This document shows positions 1 through 9,707 of a stretch of DNA of 64,000 nt, piece after piece (position 1 is the first letter of the stretch; each line of letters begins with the position of its first letter). The notes under the pieces were generated by a model. That model saw only the letters and a program-made list of their open reading frames with translations. It did no database searches and was not told where the DNA came from. This stretch comes from a virus (lineage: Duplodnaviria; Heunggongvirae; Uroviricota; Caudoviricetes), in the IMG/VR virus record IMGVR_UViG_3300014631_000001, positions 19,662-83,661 of that record, one strand, 5' to 3'. The translations under genes were made by a program, and so were the position numbers.

Positions 1-1
1 G

Positions 2-238
2 ATGAACCAATGTCCATCCTTGCCAAACCAGGCGCAGCGTATTATCAACGCCAAAGGTGTAATTGAGTCATTTGGCATCGAGCCTGTGCCGGTTAACCTA
101 TACACCCGCAATGTTTACGACGATGCTGAAGAGTCTGGCCGCACCATCTTCGAAATGACCGGTGCTGAACGCGATCAGAAAGCAGAAACTGAAATCATAG
201 AGCTTGTTGATTACCTGCTTAACTTGGAGAGTAAATAA
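2..238 (+). CDS. ParA-family partition ATPase, C-terminal fragment (5' end truncated by window edge)
   Basis: ORF open at position 2. Tail ...VPVNLYTRNVYDDAEESGRTIFEM...ELVDYL resembles the ParA/Soj C-terminus pattern (P.N...AE..G..I.E). Stop overlaps the next ATG (TAATG). Confidence 0.45.
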   Translation: MNQCPSLPNQAQRIINAKGVIESFGIEPVPVNLYTRNVYDDAEESGRTIFEMTGAERDQKAETEIIELVDYLLNLESK

Positions 239-630
239 TGGCGAAGGGTATGGGTGATTTGACCAAGCGTGTAACGCCACCAGCAGCGTCAGAAGCGAAG
301 CAGCCGGAAATGCAGCCAGCTACTCCATCTGCGCCATTGCGCAACCCTGTGAAGCCTCAGGGACGTCCTACGCGTGGCAAAAGCAAGATTCAGTCTCGCA
401 CCATGTCAATGGAAGATGAATACATCGAGTTGATTGACATGCTGGCCGTCATTCCTCGCTTCGACAAGTTCACACGTTCTGACGTGATCCGCGCGGCCAT
501 CTTCCAGCTATCAGAGAAAACCCCGGCTGAAATCGAAGAGGCTATTAAGCTGAACATTGAAGCGGTGAACGCGAGTGACGTTTCGTTTAGAACAGAAGAA
601 ATTAAGCGGAAGTTAATGGGGAAAAGTTAA
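238..630 (+). CDS. small ParB/ParG-like partition protein (putative centromere-binding)
   Basis: Translationally coupled to the upstream ParA-like ORF. 130 aa with a basic/Pro-rich N-terminus and a helical C-terminus. Position fits a type Ib par operon. Confidence 0.4.
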   Translation: MAKGMGDLTKRVTPPAASEAKQPEMQPATPSAPLRNPVKPQGRPTRGKSKIQSRTMSMEDEYIELIDMLAVIPRFDKFTRSDVIRAAIFQLSEKTPAEIEEAIKLNIEAVNASDVSFRTEEIKRKLMGKS

Positions 631-643
631 AATTTTAAGATAT

Positions 644-663
644 TGGCGGCCAAGGCCGCCAAA
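644..663. terminator. bidirectional hairpin TTGGCGGCC-AA-GGCCGCCAA between convergent genes
   Basis: Perfect 9-bp inverted repeat seen in the sequence. Confidence 0.5.
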
Positions 664-665
664 CA

Positions 666-1412
666 TTAGCTAAACAATTTCTCAATATGGTTTATTGAAA
701 TTAGCTTTTGTGAGTATAGGTAGATTCTAATTGTCACATCTTCGATTTTTTTATGCAGGTCATTTAACTCACTTAAATTTTTCTCAAACAAATCAGGGTC
801 GCGGTCTTTGAACATTTTCAAACCTTCTAAAATTATTGGGTATTTTGTGAACTCTATAGTCGTGAAGGATTTTGCATGTTCATAAATTGTCTTTGTGCCA
901 CTTTCCTTATAGGAAAAATAAGGATTGATAATCCATCCCCTTTTCTTAAGTGCGCTTTCACAAATTTCTACGGAATCAAAAAGAGGCTCCATGTTTTCTA
1001 TAATCTCAACAACTTCCTCGATCTTAGAATCTAAGTTATAGTTCGAGTAATATGTGCTGCCATTGACAAAGCTCTCTACCTTACTCTTTGAATCGGCATT
1101 TATTCTAATTACCTTCCTTATCTCATCATCTATTTTAGTGGCATAATTTTCAACTAAGTCTAAGGCCAAAGATATTGCTGACTCATCTAATTTTTGTTTA
1201 AACCAATTTGGGGCAGCCCGGAAAGCCCTCCAAGCTACGAAAGCGGTAAAAACGCTACTTAGTGCAGAAAACCAGTCTGGTACGGAACCAAAGTCTAAAC
1301 TGGGGAATATGCTGTTTTTAAACAAAGCTCCCAAAACCATACAAAAAATCACACCAAATATAAAAACTGGTGTTAGTGCTATCATTTTTATCCAGATTCT
1401 TATCTTGTTCAT
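666..1412 (-). CDS. hypothetical membrane protein (two N-terminal TM helices), AT-rich accessory gene
   Basis: 248 aa ORF. Strongly AT-rich relative to flanks. Hydrophobic N-terminus (IALTPVFIFGVIFCMVLGALF). Confidence 0.55.
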   Translation of the reverse strand: MNKIRIWIKMIALTPVFIFGVIFCMVLGALFKNSIFPSLDFGSVPDWFSALSSVFTAFVAWRAFRAAPNWFKQKLDESAISLALDLVENYATKIDDEIRKVIRINADSKSKVESFVNGSTYYSNYNLDSKIEEVVEIIENMEPLFDSVEICESALKKRGWIINPYFSYKESGTKTIYEHAKSFTTIEFTKYPIILEGLKMFKDRDPDLFEKNLSELNDLHKKIEDVTIRIYLYSQKLISINHIEKLFS

Positions 1413-1663
1413 TCTAAATTTTCCATCACGTATTACAACCCATCCTACAAATTCTCTGAGGTTGATAATTTACACCGTTCTGCATTTTTTCTCATCAAAA
1501 CCAGCCTGCTTCTCTATAAAAGATTAAGAATAGCATATTAATTTATACAGAAGCAGGCAGCTCAAAAAGCACCACAATCCTCTATCAGCCCTTCCTAAAT
1601 GGCTTTTCAAAAGATTGGTAACTAGCTATGATTCATCTACTGATAACTAGCTAACTACCTACT

Positions 1664-2401
1664 ATGAGCGCTTTTTTCTTTCAATGCTTAGGCAACGATG
1701 ACCAGTACGGATTCATGGAAGAGTGGGATTCAACCGTCATGGATGAGTGGGTCGCTAAAAACATAGGGCTATCTCGCTGTAAAGGCGAAGCTGACCTCTT
1801 CAAGACTAAGTGGTTTGATTACCGTGACATGCACCCACTCCAGGCTACAGCTGTCTTCACCGAAGAGTACAAACGCCAGTACGCCAACATCATGCTCACT
1901 CACGGTCGTGAAGACTTCCAGATCGCGCCTTTCAACACCGGTTTAAAACGAGTTCCGTTTCAGGATCAGTCTGCGGCCAACAAGACGTCGCTTTGGAAGG
2001 CTCGACAGTTTGCCGATCGCTACTGCGTCAATTACGGCTACTTTATTGGCACCGTTCTATCGATCGCCGCATCACGTCTCTGGGACAAGCTGCCACGCCC
2101 TCAACATCTTTGGCAGCCAGAGCTAATTGAGATCTTCGAAGATAGATTGAAGAAACGCGCGCTAACCCGTCTGGATAGCTCTCTATGGGGTTCTGGCTCT
2201 TCTGGGGTAATCGTGCAAGGGGGCAACGTCGAAATCCAGCGAGAATACTTTGAGTGGCTTCTCACGCAGATTGAACATCGTGAGCCGTCCCGTCGCGTTC
2301 TGATCATCTACTCCGCCGTTTGGCTGACAGAGCTTCTCCCCGAACACATAGCGCTCCAGCGCTTCCCTAAAGAAACCATGGAAGCACGGTCACTGAATTG
2401 A
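1664..2401 (+). CDS. hypothetical protein
   Basis: 245 aa ORF directly downstream of an operator-like palindrome (1643-1664). Confidence 0.55.
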   Translation: MSAFFFQCLGNDDQYGFMEEWDSTVMDEWVAKNIGLSRCKGEADLFKTKWFDYRDMHPLQATAVFTEEYKRQYANIMLTHGREDFQIAPFNTGLKRVPFQDQSAANKTSLWKARQFADRYCVNYGYFIGTVLSIAASRLWDKLPRPQHLWQPELIEIFEDRLKKRALTRLDSSLWGSGSSGVIVQGGNVEIQREYFEWLLTQIEHREPSRRVLIIYSAVWLTELLPEHIALQRFPKETMEARSLN

Positions 2402-2486
2402 TCGCCTTTGACCACTTAGTAAACTAAGTAAACAAGTTGTTTAGAATGATGGAAAAGCACATGAACACGATTAAAGAGGTGGCGTA

Positions 2487-3827
2487 ATGACCACCATTTG
2501 CCATACCGGACGCCCATTGTCAGAAGAGTTTGATGATGACTTCCAGAACCGATTAACAGCCTACTACTGCAAGGATCAGGAGTTCCTGTTGCGCGCCGGG
2601 GATTTGGTTGATCCGAGCCAGTTTGAAAACGCGGCAAACGCAATATTGGTTAACCTGGTTTCGTCCTACTTCCGCATGTACAAGAGCGCACCATCCAGCA
2701 CGGCCATTCTCGACCAGCTGAAGCGCGCGAAGAAAGATAAGACGATCCGCGAAGAGCTGCTCCCGGATGTGGTGAGTGCTTTCAAACGCGTATTGGGTGA
2801 GAAATTGACAGACACCAAATACATGGTTGACCGAGTGGCCACATTTGCCCGGAGCATAGCTTTCGATGACGCGCTGATTAAAGCTGCCGAGCTGAAAGAA
2901 AAGGGTGACTTCGAACGCGCCATGGAAGTGATGGCCAAGGTGCAGCTGGTGGGCGCGAGTGACACCATAGGCATCTACAACTATCTGGGCGAAGCGGCCG
3001 AGCGTTTAAAGCATCGTGAATATGAGGCGTCTGAAGATTACGTGCCAAACAGCATCACTACCGGCATACCATTGTTGGATCGTCTGCTGTATCAGAAGGG
3101 CTGGGGTCGTCGTGAGATGGTTCTCTTCATGGGCTTTGCGAAGTCTGGTAAATCAACGGCCATGGGTGAGTTCTCCATTAACGCGACTTTAAAGGGCTTC
3201 AACGTCCTGTATGTCTCGCTGGAAGTCCACACGGCAATCTTATCTGACCGTTTCGACGCACGTCTGTCTCAAACCGAAATGACGAAGCTGATCGAAAAGC
3301 GTGACGATGTTCATAAGAAGCTGGCCGACCTGGGTGCCAGTACCGGCGTGGGCAATTTGTGGGTTGTGGAAAGACCGTCTGGCAGCTTGTCACCTGCAGA
3401 CCTAGACCGCTTGCTTGAAGGAATGAAGTCGAACGGGATGATTCCTGACATGGTCGTGGTGGATTACGCCGACCTGATGAAGCCAACACGACGCAGCGGT
3501 GATGAACGCGCTGATGTGAAAAGCATCTATACCGATCTCCGTGCAGTCTTCGATAAACACAACGCCGCTGGCATAACAGCATCCCAGACAAACCGAGAGG
3601 GTGGGGCGTCTGAGGTGGCCACGATGATGCACGCAGCGGATAACATTGAAAAGGTGCGTATCGCTGACCTGGTTATCTCGATCAACAAAACGGAAGAAGA
3701 AGCGACGAAGGGCGAAGCGCGCTTGTACTTTGCAGGCTCTCGTAACCAGAAAGGCAACATCAGCATCCGAGTGAAGCAGAACCTAGAGCAGATGAGGTTT
3801 ATTCAGGAAATTCTCGACGTTATCTAA
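2487..3827 (+). CDS. DnaB-like replicative DNA helicase
   Basis: Walker A GFAKSGKST, RecA-like core (LYVSLE, VVVDYADLM). Preceded by an 8-aa leader ORF (2460-2486) that carries the conserved start motif and overlaps as TAATG. Confidence 0.75.
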   Translation: MTTICHTGRPLSEEFDDDFQNRLTAYYCKDQEFLLRAGDLVDPSQFENAANAILVNLVSSYFRMYKSAPSSTAILDQLKRAKKDKTIREELLPDVVSAFKRVLGEKLTDTKYMVDRVATFARSIAFDDALIKAAELKEKGDFERAMEVMAKVQLVGASDTIGIYNYLGEAAERLKHREYEASEDYVPNSITTGIPLLDRLLYQKGWGRREMVLFMGFAKSGKSTAMGEFSINATLKGFNVLYVSLEVHTAILSDRFDARLSQTEMTKLIEKRDDVHKKLADLGASTGVGNLWVVERPSGSLSPADLDRLLEGMKSNGMIPDMVVVDYADLMKPTRRSGDERADVKSIYTDLRAVFDKHNAAGITASQTNREGGASEVATMMHAADNIEKVRIADLVISINKTEEEATKGEARLYFAGSRNQKGNISIRVKQNLEQMRFIQEILDVI

Positions 3828-3994
3828 AAATAAAGGCGTGGCAAAAATCGCCATGCCTCATTTCCAATTCGAGAAATCAAGTTTCTCGCCCTGTTAAAAA
3901 CAACAAGGGAAAAACACATGAGCGGCCATCATACCCCATCTTCCCTAATACACACAAAATTGCCTTTTAATAATGACCGGAGAGGATTGCTGGC

Positions 3995-5110
3995 ATGAGC
4001 GACATTAAAGAGCTTTTGACCGAGCTGGACTTTGAGCAGTGGCTCGATACAGAGGGCATCATCTATCGCCGTGGTGGGGTCAGCGCGCGCGGTCGTGAAA
4101 TAAACATCAAGGAGTGTCCGGTATGCGGCAGCTCCGGTTGGAAGGTGTATTTCAATCTGACCAACAACGTCGGTAAATGCTTTGCGGGTGATCACCCAGA
4201 AGAGATCCAATTCAACAAGCTGGTGTTCCTGAAGCATTACAGCGGCAAGTCACGCCGTGCATTTGAGGAATACGTTAACAATGCGCTGCTGGAGCAGGGT
4301 TGGGCACCGAAACGAGAAGAGGTGAAGCTGGCCAGCGCCGTCGAGCTGGAAGGGCCGGTTTCGTTGCCGCGTCACTATGAGCTTCCGATCGAGGGGCAGC
4401 TGCCCACTTATCTTGTAGAGCGAAATGTAACGCCTGAGCTGGCCAAATATTTCGACCTTAGATACTGCGTAGAGGGCAAACATGCTTATGTGGATGTCTA
4501 CAACGACCAGGTTCGTGGCCAAGATTTCGGTATGCGTATTCTGATACCAATTTACGACCTCGATGGCGTGATGAAAACCTTCCAGGGGCGTGATGTTACT
4601 GGCACTGCGGAGCGCCGCTATCTCTTCCCCATGACGTTGCCGGCTTCAGGTAAGTTTCTCTATAACGGCCACAACGCAGTGGGTAAGCAGACTGTCGTGG
4701 TGAGCGAGGGGGCATTTGACGTTATTGGGATCAAGCGAGCGCTGTTCGATGAGCCAACGCTGCGGGATTACGTTGAGCCAATCGGGACGTTTGGTATGCA
4801 CTTGTCTGGCGTAACGACGCAGGACGAAGAGGATCAGTTAGGTGCATTCCTGACGCTCAAAGCGAAGGGGTTGAAGAACGTCGTAATGATGTGGGACAGC
4901 GAGAAGCAGGCAATACGAAACACAATGGCCGCCGCGCGTAAGCTGGTGGGCATCGGACTTAACGTGAAGATAGCCTGTTTGGGCAAAGAGGGCATTGACC
5001 CGGGGGACGCATCTGTTGAGGAAATCATCAAAGCCTACTTCCGAGCGAAGCCCTACACTCGCCAGCTTGAGTTAATGGCAAAGGTAAAAGGAATAGCGGC
5101 TTTGGTCTGA
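3995..5110 (+). CDS. DNA primase (zinc-ribbon + TOPRIM)
   Basis: CPVCGSSGWKVY...KCFAG zinc motif and TOPRIM-like VVVSEGAFDVIG. Preceded by a 26-aa leader ORF (3918-3998) whose TGA stop overlaps the primase ATG. Confidence 0.75.
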   Translation: MSDIKELLTELDFEQWLDTEGIIYRRGGVSARGREINIKECPVCGSSGWKVYFNLTNNVGKCFAGDHPEEIQFNKLVFLKHYSGKSRRAFEEYVNNALLEQGWAPKREEVKLASAVELEGPVSLPRHYELPIEGQLPTYLVERNVTPELAKYFDLRYCVEGKHAYVDVYNDQVRGQDFGMRILIPIYDLDGVMKTFQGRDVTGTAERRYLFPMTLPASGKFLYNGHNAVGKQTVVVSEGAFDVIGIKRALFDEPTLRDYVEPIGTFGMHLSGVTTQDEEDQLGAFLTLKAKGLKNVVMMWDSEKQAIRNTMAAARKLVGIGLNVKIACLGKEGIDPGDASVEEIIKAYFRAKPYTRQLELMAKVKGIAALV

Positions 5111-5175
5111 CCTAGGAAAATAAGTAGCTAACTACCAATCATTAATTATAATGGCGACCAAAGTATATAAGAGAG

Positions 5176-5958
5176 ATGAAGATGCACCCGAATATCACTC
5201 ATGAAATCACAAAGCTGGTTAGAGATTCAAAGCTGCCGCTGAACGAAGAAGAGTTCGACTCGGTTGTTGTCCAGGCTATTCAGGCTGGAGCTGACAGAAT
5301 TGCGACCGCAGAGGCTGGCAAGTTGCTGCTGGCCGACTATCCGTATTTGACGGTCACCATGGTTGTTGGCGATGTTCGCCCCAGCGTGGGAAACGAAGCG
5401 CCTCGATGCGCTGCGATCGTCAGCTTTATCAGCCGAATGGGAGATTCACCTGTCACACATACAGCCGCTTACTACAACGGCTACATTGTCCAGACCCAGA
5501 CCGTTCTTGAAGAGCTACACCGTGACGACCTGTGGAAGTTCGTTGAGTTCATGGATGAAAAATGCGAAAGCGTGGAGTCCTCTTCGGCCATAAAAGAACT
5601 CTGGGCAGCGAGTGTGGCTGGCGACGACAACACTGCAAATATGAGTGTCCCGGAAGGCATGGTTGACCTGGTTCTGGAAGGGCGAGGAACCGCCACCAAA
5701 GCGGCTAATGAGAAGAACTTCCCAGCGTTAATGAAATTGACCGGTGGCGATCGTCGCAAGCAGGACATTATCAACGCCTGCAGTTCAGCCTGCGATGGCG
5801 TTATGGGCGAGTACGAACGTCGCCTGGTGAAGATGTCGAACGAAATGCCAATGTTGATGCAGGAAGCCAAATCATACGCCCTGCACACCGCTGAAGAGCT
5901 TCTGAAGCCTTTCCGCGACCGACAACACGCCGTCATGTCTGGCTGGGGAAGCTGGTAG
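5176..5958 (+). CDS. hypothetical protein
   Basis: 260 aa ORF, followed by a strong terminator. Confidence 0.55.
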   Translation: MKMHPNITHEITKLVRDSKLPLNEEEFDSVVVQAIQAGADRIATAEAGKLLLADYPYLTVTMVVGDVRPSVGNEAPRCAAIVSFISRMGDSPVTHTAAYYNGYIVQTQTVLEELHRDDLWKFVEFMDEKCESVESSSAIKELWAASVAGDDNTANMSVPEGMVDLVLEGRGTATKAANEKNFPALMKLTGGDRRKQDIINACSSACDGVMGEYERRLVKMSNEMPMLMQEAKSYALHTAEELLKPFRDRQHAVMSGWGSW

Positions 5959-5975
5959 CCTGACAAAAACGCTAT

Positions 5976-5997
5976 AGCCCCGTATGGGGCTTTTTTA
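5976..5997 (+). terminator. rho-independent terminator AGCCCCGTATGGGGCT + T6
   Basis: GC stem and T-run seen in the sequence. Confidence 0.7.
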
Positions 5998-6038
5998 TAA
6001 TTGCGTTAATAAGTGATTAGCTATTTTGGTGATACAGA

Positions 6039-6497
6039 ATGACAGTTTCAATGACCGACTTTTCGAAGATCCCATCCATATCGGGCAACAACATGTTCAG
6101 CCTGAAGTGCGAGGAAGTGCTGATCCGCAAGGAGCCAACAAGAGCGAGTTACACGGTCTGCCAGCACACGATTCTGGCGTTCAAAGAGGGTCGGCTGCCG
6201 CCCGGCTCATTTAGTGAATGTGTAGCTGCTATCCGCGGCGGCAAATGCAAAGCGCTGAAGATGATGGTCGAGGAAGTTCGTGCCGGTGAATCACTCTACT
6301 TCGAAGATTACGGTGCTTTGGTTGCTGAAGTTGCAGCTCGTAACAACCAAAGCAGTTTCGGTGGCCAGCGTAAGACCAAATCCGCGATGTCACTTCTGCC
6401 GTCGCTTAAATCAAAAGCAGAAGACACAACAATAACGGGCGAGTTCGAGGCTATTACAGACCTCCACTCAGCCTTAGTGCAAGAGGAAAACACATGA
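6039..6497 (+). CDS. hypothetical protein
   Basis: 152 aa ORF. Confidence 0.5.
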   Translation: MTVSMTDFSKIPSISGNNMFSLKCEEVLIRKEPTRASYTVCQHTILAFKEGRLPPGSFSECVAAIRGGKCKALKMMVEEVRAGESLYFEDYGALVAEVAARNNQSSFGGQRKTKSAMSLLPSLKSKAEDTTITGEFEAITDLHSALVQEENT

Positions 6498-6898
6498 AAG
6501 TTTCGGATCTCAAAGAAGGTGAGCGCGCGTATTTCATGGTCGATTTGGAGGGGCAAAGAGCGTGGGAAGAATGTCGCGTTCTTGCTGTTTCAACATACGG
6601 CTATGCGCTTGAGCACAAGGTGAATGGCCAGATTGTGCAGAAGTGGTACGACGCTATTGGAACCGGTGCAGCGCTTCGATTCCGACGCCTCATCGAGTAT
6701 TGGCATCAGTGGACAAAGAAAGACCACGGTGGGGTTTACGAGCTGGTGATGTTCGCTAACCAAAAAGCCACCATGGAAGGTTTTGTTCCGACCGCAATCT
6801 TCAAATCGACATCGACCGGTGACATCTATTCGCTGCCGATCGAGCAGTTTCACGCTGAATTTACACAACACGGGCCAGTACAAGGAGTGCCGTTTTAA
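6494..6898 (+). CDS. hypothetical protein
   Basis: 134 aa ORF with the conserved GAGGAAAACACATG start region. Overlapping stop/start with both neighbours. Confidence 0.55.
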   Translation: MKVSDLKEGERAYFMVDLEGQRAWEECRVLAVSTYGYALEHKVNGQIVQKWYDAIGTGAALRFRRLIEYWHQWTKKDHGGVYELVMFANQKATMEGFVPTAIFKSTSTGDIYSLPIEQFHAEFTQHGPVQGVPF

Positions 6899-8220
6899 TG
6901 GAAAAGCTGATTACCCTTCGAACCAAGCTGGATGACATCAAAGCGATGGGAACCAATGCCAAGAAAGAGGCTTTGGCCAAGCTGGACGACTTCGAGCAAA
7001 AAGCCGTGTCGCTGATGCTCAATCCATTCATCCGCTTCGGCATCAAGAAGTATAACGTAGCCCAGGCGCAGCTGGTGTCCACGCCAAGTGACCAGAAGGT
7101 ATTGGATGTGTTGGATAAGCTGGCAACGCGTCAGCTGACAGGTGGAACTGCCGTAACCGCAGTTGAGTCAATCGTTGGCTCTATGTGTGAGGCTGGTCAG
7201 GACGTGTTTCGTCGTTTCCTGCTGAAAGATCCGAAGGCCGGTGTCGGCATTAGTCTTTGCAACAAAATCTTCTCGGTGCCGATTCCAGTGTTTGAAGTTC
7301 AGTTGGCCACCGCCTACAAGGAAAAAGGTGACAAGTTCCCATTCAAGCCGAACAAACACGCCAAATGGCCGATGATTGGTAGCATCAAGCTCGATGGGAT
7401 GCGCGTGATCTGCGAGGTGATTGTGGGTGAAGAAGAGGTTAACTTCCTGTCGCGCACCGGCAATCCAGTAACGTCGCTCGATCACCTTAAACCGGCAATG
7501 CTGGAGCTGGCTCGTGCCACCGGTCATCAACACGTCTTCTTTGATGGTGAGGCAACGGTCGGCTCATTCAACGGCACTGTTTCAGCGATCCGCAAAAAGA
7601 ATGTGAAAGCTGTAGGCGCTCAGTTCCACATCTTCGATTTCTTCTTGCCAGAATGGAAGGTGTTGGCCAAGACCAAAGAGTACAAAGCCAATGGCATGAA
7701 GCTGAAGGAGCGTAAGGCTGCGCTGGTGGCGTGGTTCCGCAATGAGAGAAGCGAAGAGTCAGTTGGTGATTTGGTGCTGGTTCCATTTGAAATCTACCAT
7801 AGCCACGAAGAGTACATTGCTCGATTCATGCAGCGTTTGGACGAGAACGAAGAGGGGGAGATGGCTTACGATCCCAACTCGGTGTACGAATTTAAGCGAT
7901 CTCGCGCCTGGTGGAAAATGAAGGACGAGAACGAGGCAGATGGTGAAATCATTGGCTTCCTGCCTGGCGACCCGGATGCCGGCTTCGCACACACCCTCGG
8001 TAAAATCGTTGTCCGATTGGAGGATGGTACGGAAGTTCGTGCTTCAGGCTTCAAACATCAATATCTCGATGAGATCTGGTTGAATCAGGATAAATACATG
8101 GGGCGCATCGTGAAGGTCAATTTCCATGAATACACGCCAGATGGAAGTCTGCGCCACCCTCGGCTTAAGTGGCCAAGCTGCCTTCGTGATACAGAGGACC
8201 GCATTGGGGATAAAGAATGA
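6898..8220 (+). CDS. ATP-dependent DNA ligase
   Basis: Adenylation motif I KLDGMR (SIKLDGMRVICEV). Size is consistent with a phage ligase. Confidence 0.7.
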   Translation: MEKLITLRTKLDDIKAMGTNAKKEALAKLDDFEQKAVSLMLNPFIRFGIKKYNVAQAQLVSTPSDQKVLDVLDKLATRQLTGGTAVTAVESIVGSMCEAGQDVFRRFLLKDPKAGVGISLCNKIFSVPIPVFEVQLATAYKEKGDKFPFKPNKHAKWPMIGSIKLDGMRVICEVIVGEEEVNFLSRTGNPVTSLDHLKPAMLELARATGHQHVFFDGEATVGSFNGTVSAIRKKNVKAVGAQFHIFDFFLPEWKVLAKTKEYKANGMKLKERKAALVAWFRNERSEESVGDLVLVPFEIYHSHEEYIARFMQRLDENEEGEMAYDPNSVYEFKRSRAWWKMKDENEADGEIIGFLPGDPDAGFAHTLGKIVVRLEDGTEVRASGFKHQYLDEIWLNQDKYMGRIVKVNFHEYTPDGSLRHPRLKWPSCLRDTEDRIGDKE

Positions 8221-8379
8221 TGCATAACGTGATTCCATACATCTTAGTAGGGTTGATCAGTGGGGTGCTCAGTTCAGCATATTTCATAGTTGATATGCTG
8301 AAGCAGGATCTAAAGACTGGAACGGTCAGATTTGGTCGCCGCGTTTATCGCGTGGTTGAGGTGAAGGAGTTCAAACGAA

Positions 8380-8682
8380 ATGGATAAGTTAACACTGATG
8401 GACGGGATGCTTCTAACCTACTTCATGCTCTGCGGTGGGTTTGTCGCGGGTATGGTTGGCCGAATGATGGTCAGATTGATCATCCTTGTTTTCTTCTGTA
8501 GCAGAAAAAAGATAGAGGATGCGGCCTGGACGTTGTTCAACCTCACTGAGATGAAGCATGGCGTTTTACAGGGAGACCAGACTTACACGCTTCAAGGAGC
8601 CTATTATGAAATTGTGGTTAAGCGTAGGAAGAGATTAGCGTCGGCCGCGGTAGAGTCACCTGAAGCACCAGTGACACAGTAA
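8380..8682 (+). CDS. small membrane protein, hypothetical
   Basis: 100 aa, hydrophobic N-terminal half. Confidence 0.4.
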   Translation: MDKLTLMDGMLLTYFMLCGGFVAGMVGRMMVRLIILVFFCSRKKIEDAAWTLFNLTEMKHGVLQGDQTYTLQGAYYEIVVKRRKRLASAAVESPEAPVTQ

Positions 8683-8747
8683 TCTACAGCTTAAGCGCCT
8701 CTCGTAGGCGCTTAGTTTAATTAGGAATAGCCATGTTAAGGGCTTAG

Positions 8748-9080
8748 TTATTGATTTTTTAGTCTAGTGAAAGAGATGTAGTTGCCGAAGAGATTAGACA
8801 AAATTTTCTTTGCAAAGTACCAGCCTACAGTAGCTGTGATGGCCCATACGATATAGGCAAAAGTATGATTAAAACCTAAAGTTAAGGCACAGAACTTTGC
8901 CGCATACCAACCGGCTATCAAAGGTAATAGAAAGCCCACAAACTTGATAATCCCTGGGGTGCCATACTTGATTTCAGCCTTACATCCTCTGCAAACATTG
9001 GCACCATGTGGAATTTCACTTCGGCAGTGTTCACAAGTTATGAGCCTTTGCTCTCCCATCACTACTTCCCTCATATGCAA
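8748..9080 (-). CDS. zinc-ribbon membrane protein, hypothetical
   Basis: CEHC...CRGC N-terminus followed by two hydrophobic helices. Confidence 0.45.
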   Translation of the reverse strand: MHMREVVMGEQRLITCEHCRSEIPHGANVCRGCKAEIKYGTPGIIKFVGFLLPLIAGWYAAKFCALTLGFNHTFAYIVWAITATVGWYFAKKILSNLFGNYISFTRLKNQ

Positions 9081-9250
9081 ATTAAGTCGTTCTTCTACTT
9101 GTTAATTTTCATTTTACCCCAAAACTTACCTGAAAGCTTTATCATCATAATTGGCAGGCTACTGTTTCTAAGAACTACCGTAACAAACTGCTTAGACGCC
9201 TTTACAAAGCAATCTATCATTTGTGCATCTTCCATAAACGAGCCACGTTC

Positions 9251-9598
9251 ATGAACTTCAAACGCTTTCTGTCAGTAAAGAAGCCCTGCGCCAATTGCCC
9301 ATTCCTGAAAGAGAATGGCATCGCCATTGGCGAAGATCGCCTAAGCGATATTAAGCAGTCCCTGCTTGCTGACGACATGACCCCTTTCCAATGCCATAAA
9401 ACAACGCATCCCACTGGTGGCTACCACGACGAAGAGGGTATCTATCACTCATCAGGAAAGGAAGCGCACTGCGCTGGCGCTATGGGCTTCCTATATGCAA
9501 AGGGACGTATGAATATACCAATGCGGATTGGATTGATGGCTGGCTACTTGACGATTGGGCAACTGGAAGAGATAGCATCATCTTTAAACTGTGAATAG
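9251..9598 (+). CDS. Cys-rich hypothetical protein
   Basis: CANCPF...CHKTTHP...HCAG. The ORF-track start at 9221 is probably upstream of the real ATG. Confidence 0.4.
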   Translation: MNFKRFLSVKKPCANCPFLKENGIAIGEDRLSDIKQSLLADDMTPFQCHKTTHPTGGYHDEEGIYHSSGKEAHCAGAMGFLYAKGRMNIPMRIGLMAGYLTIGQLEEIASSLNCE

Positions 9599-9707
9599 GT
9601 GTTATTAAATAAATCAAATGCTTATACAAATAATGGTAGTTGAAAATGATTGGCTGTGAGGACATTATAATCTTAAGGCAAATGAGTGCCTTGGCAAATA
9701 TTAAGGA

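Noticed and set aside
5481-5966. 161-aa minus-strand ORF
   Set aside because: Antisense to 5176..5958 and runs through its terminator.
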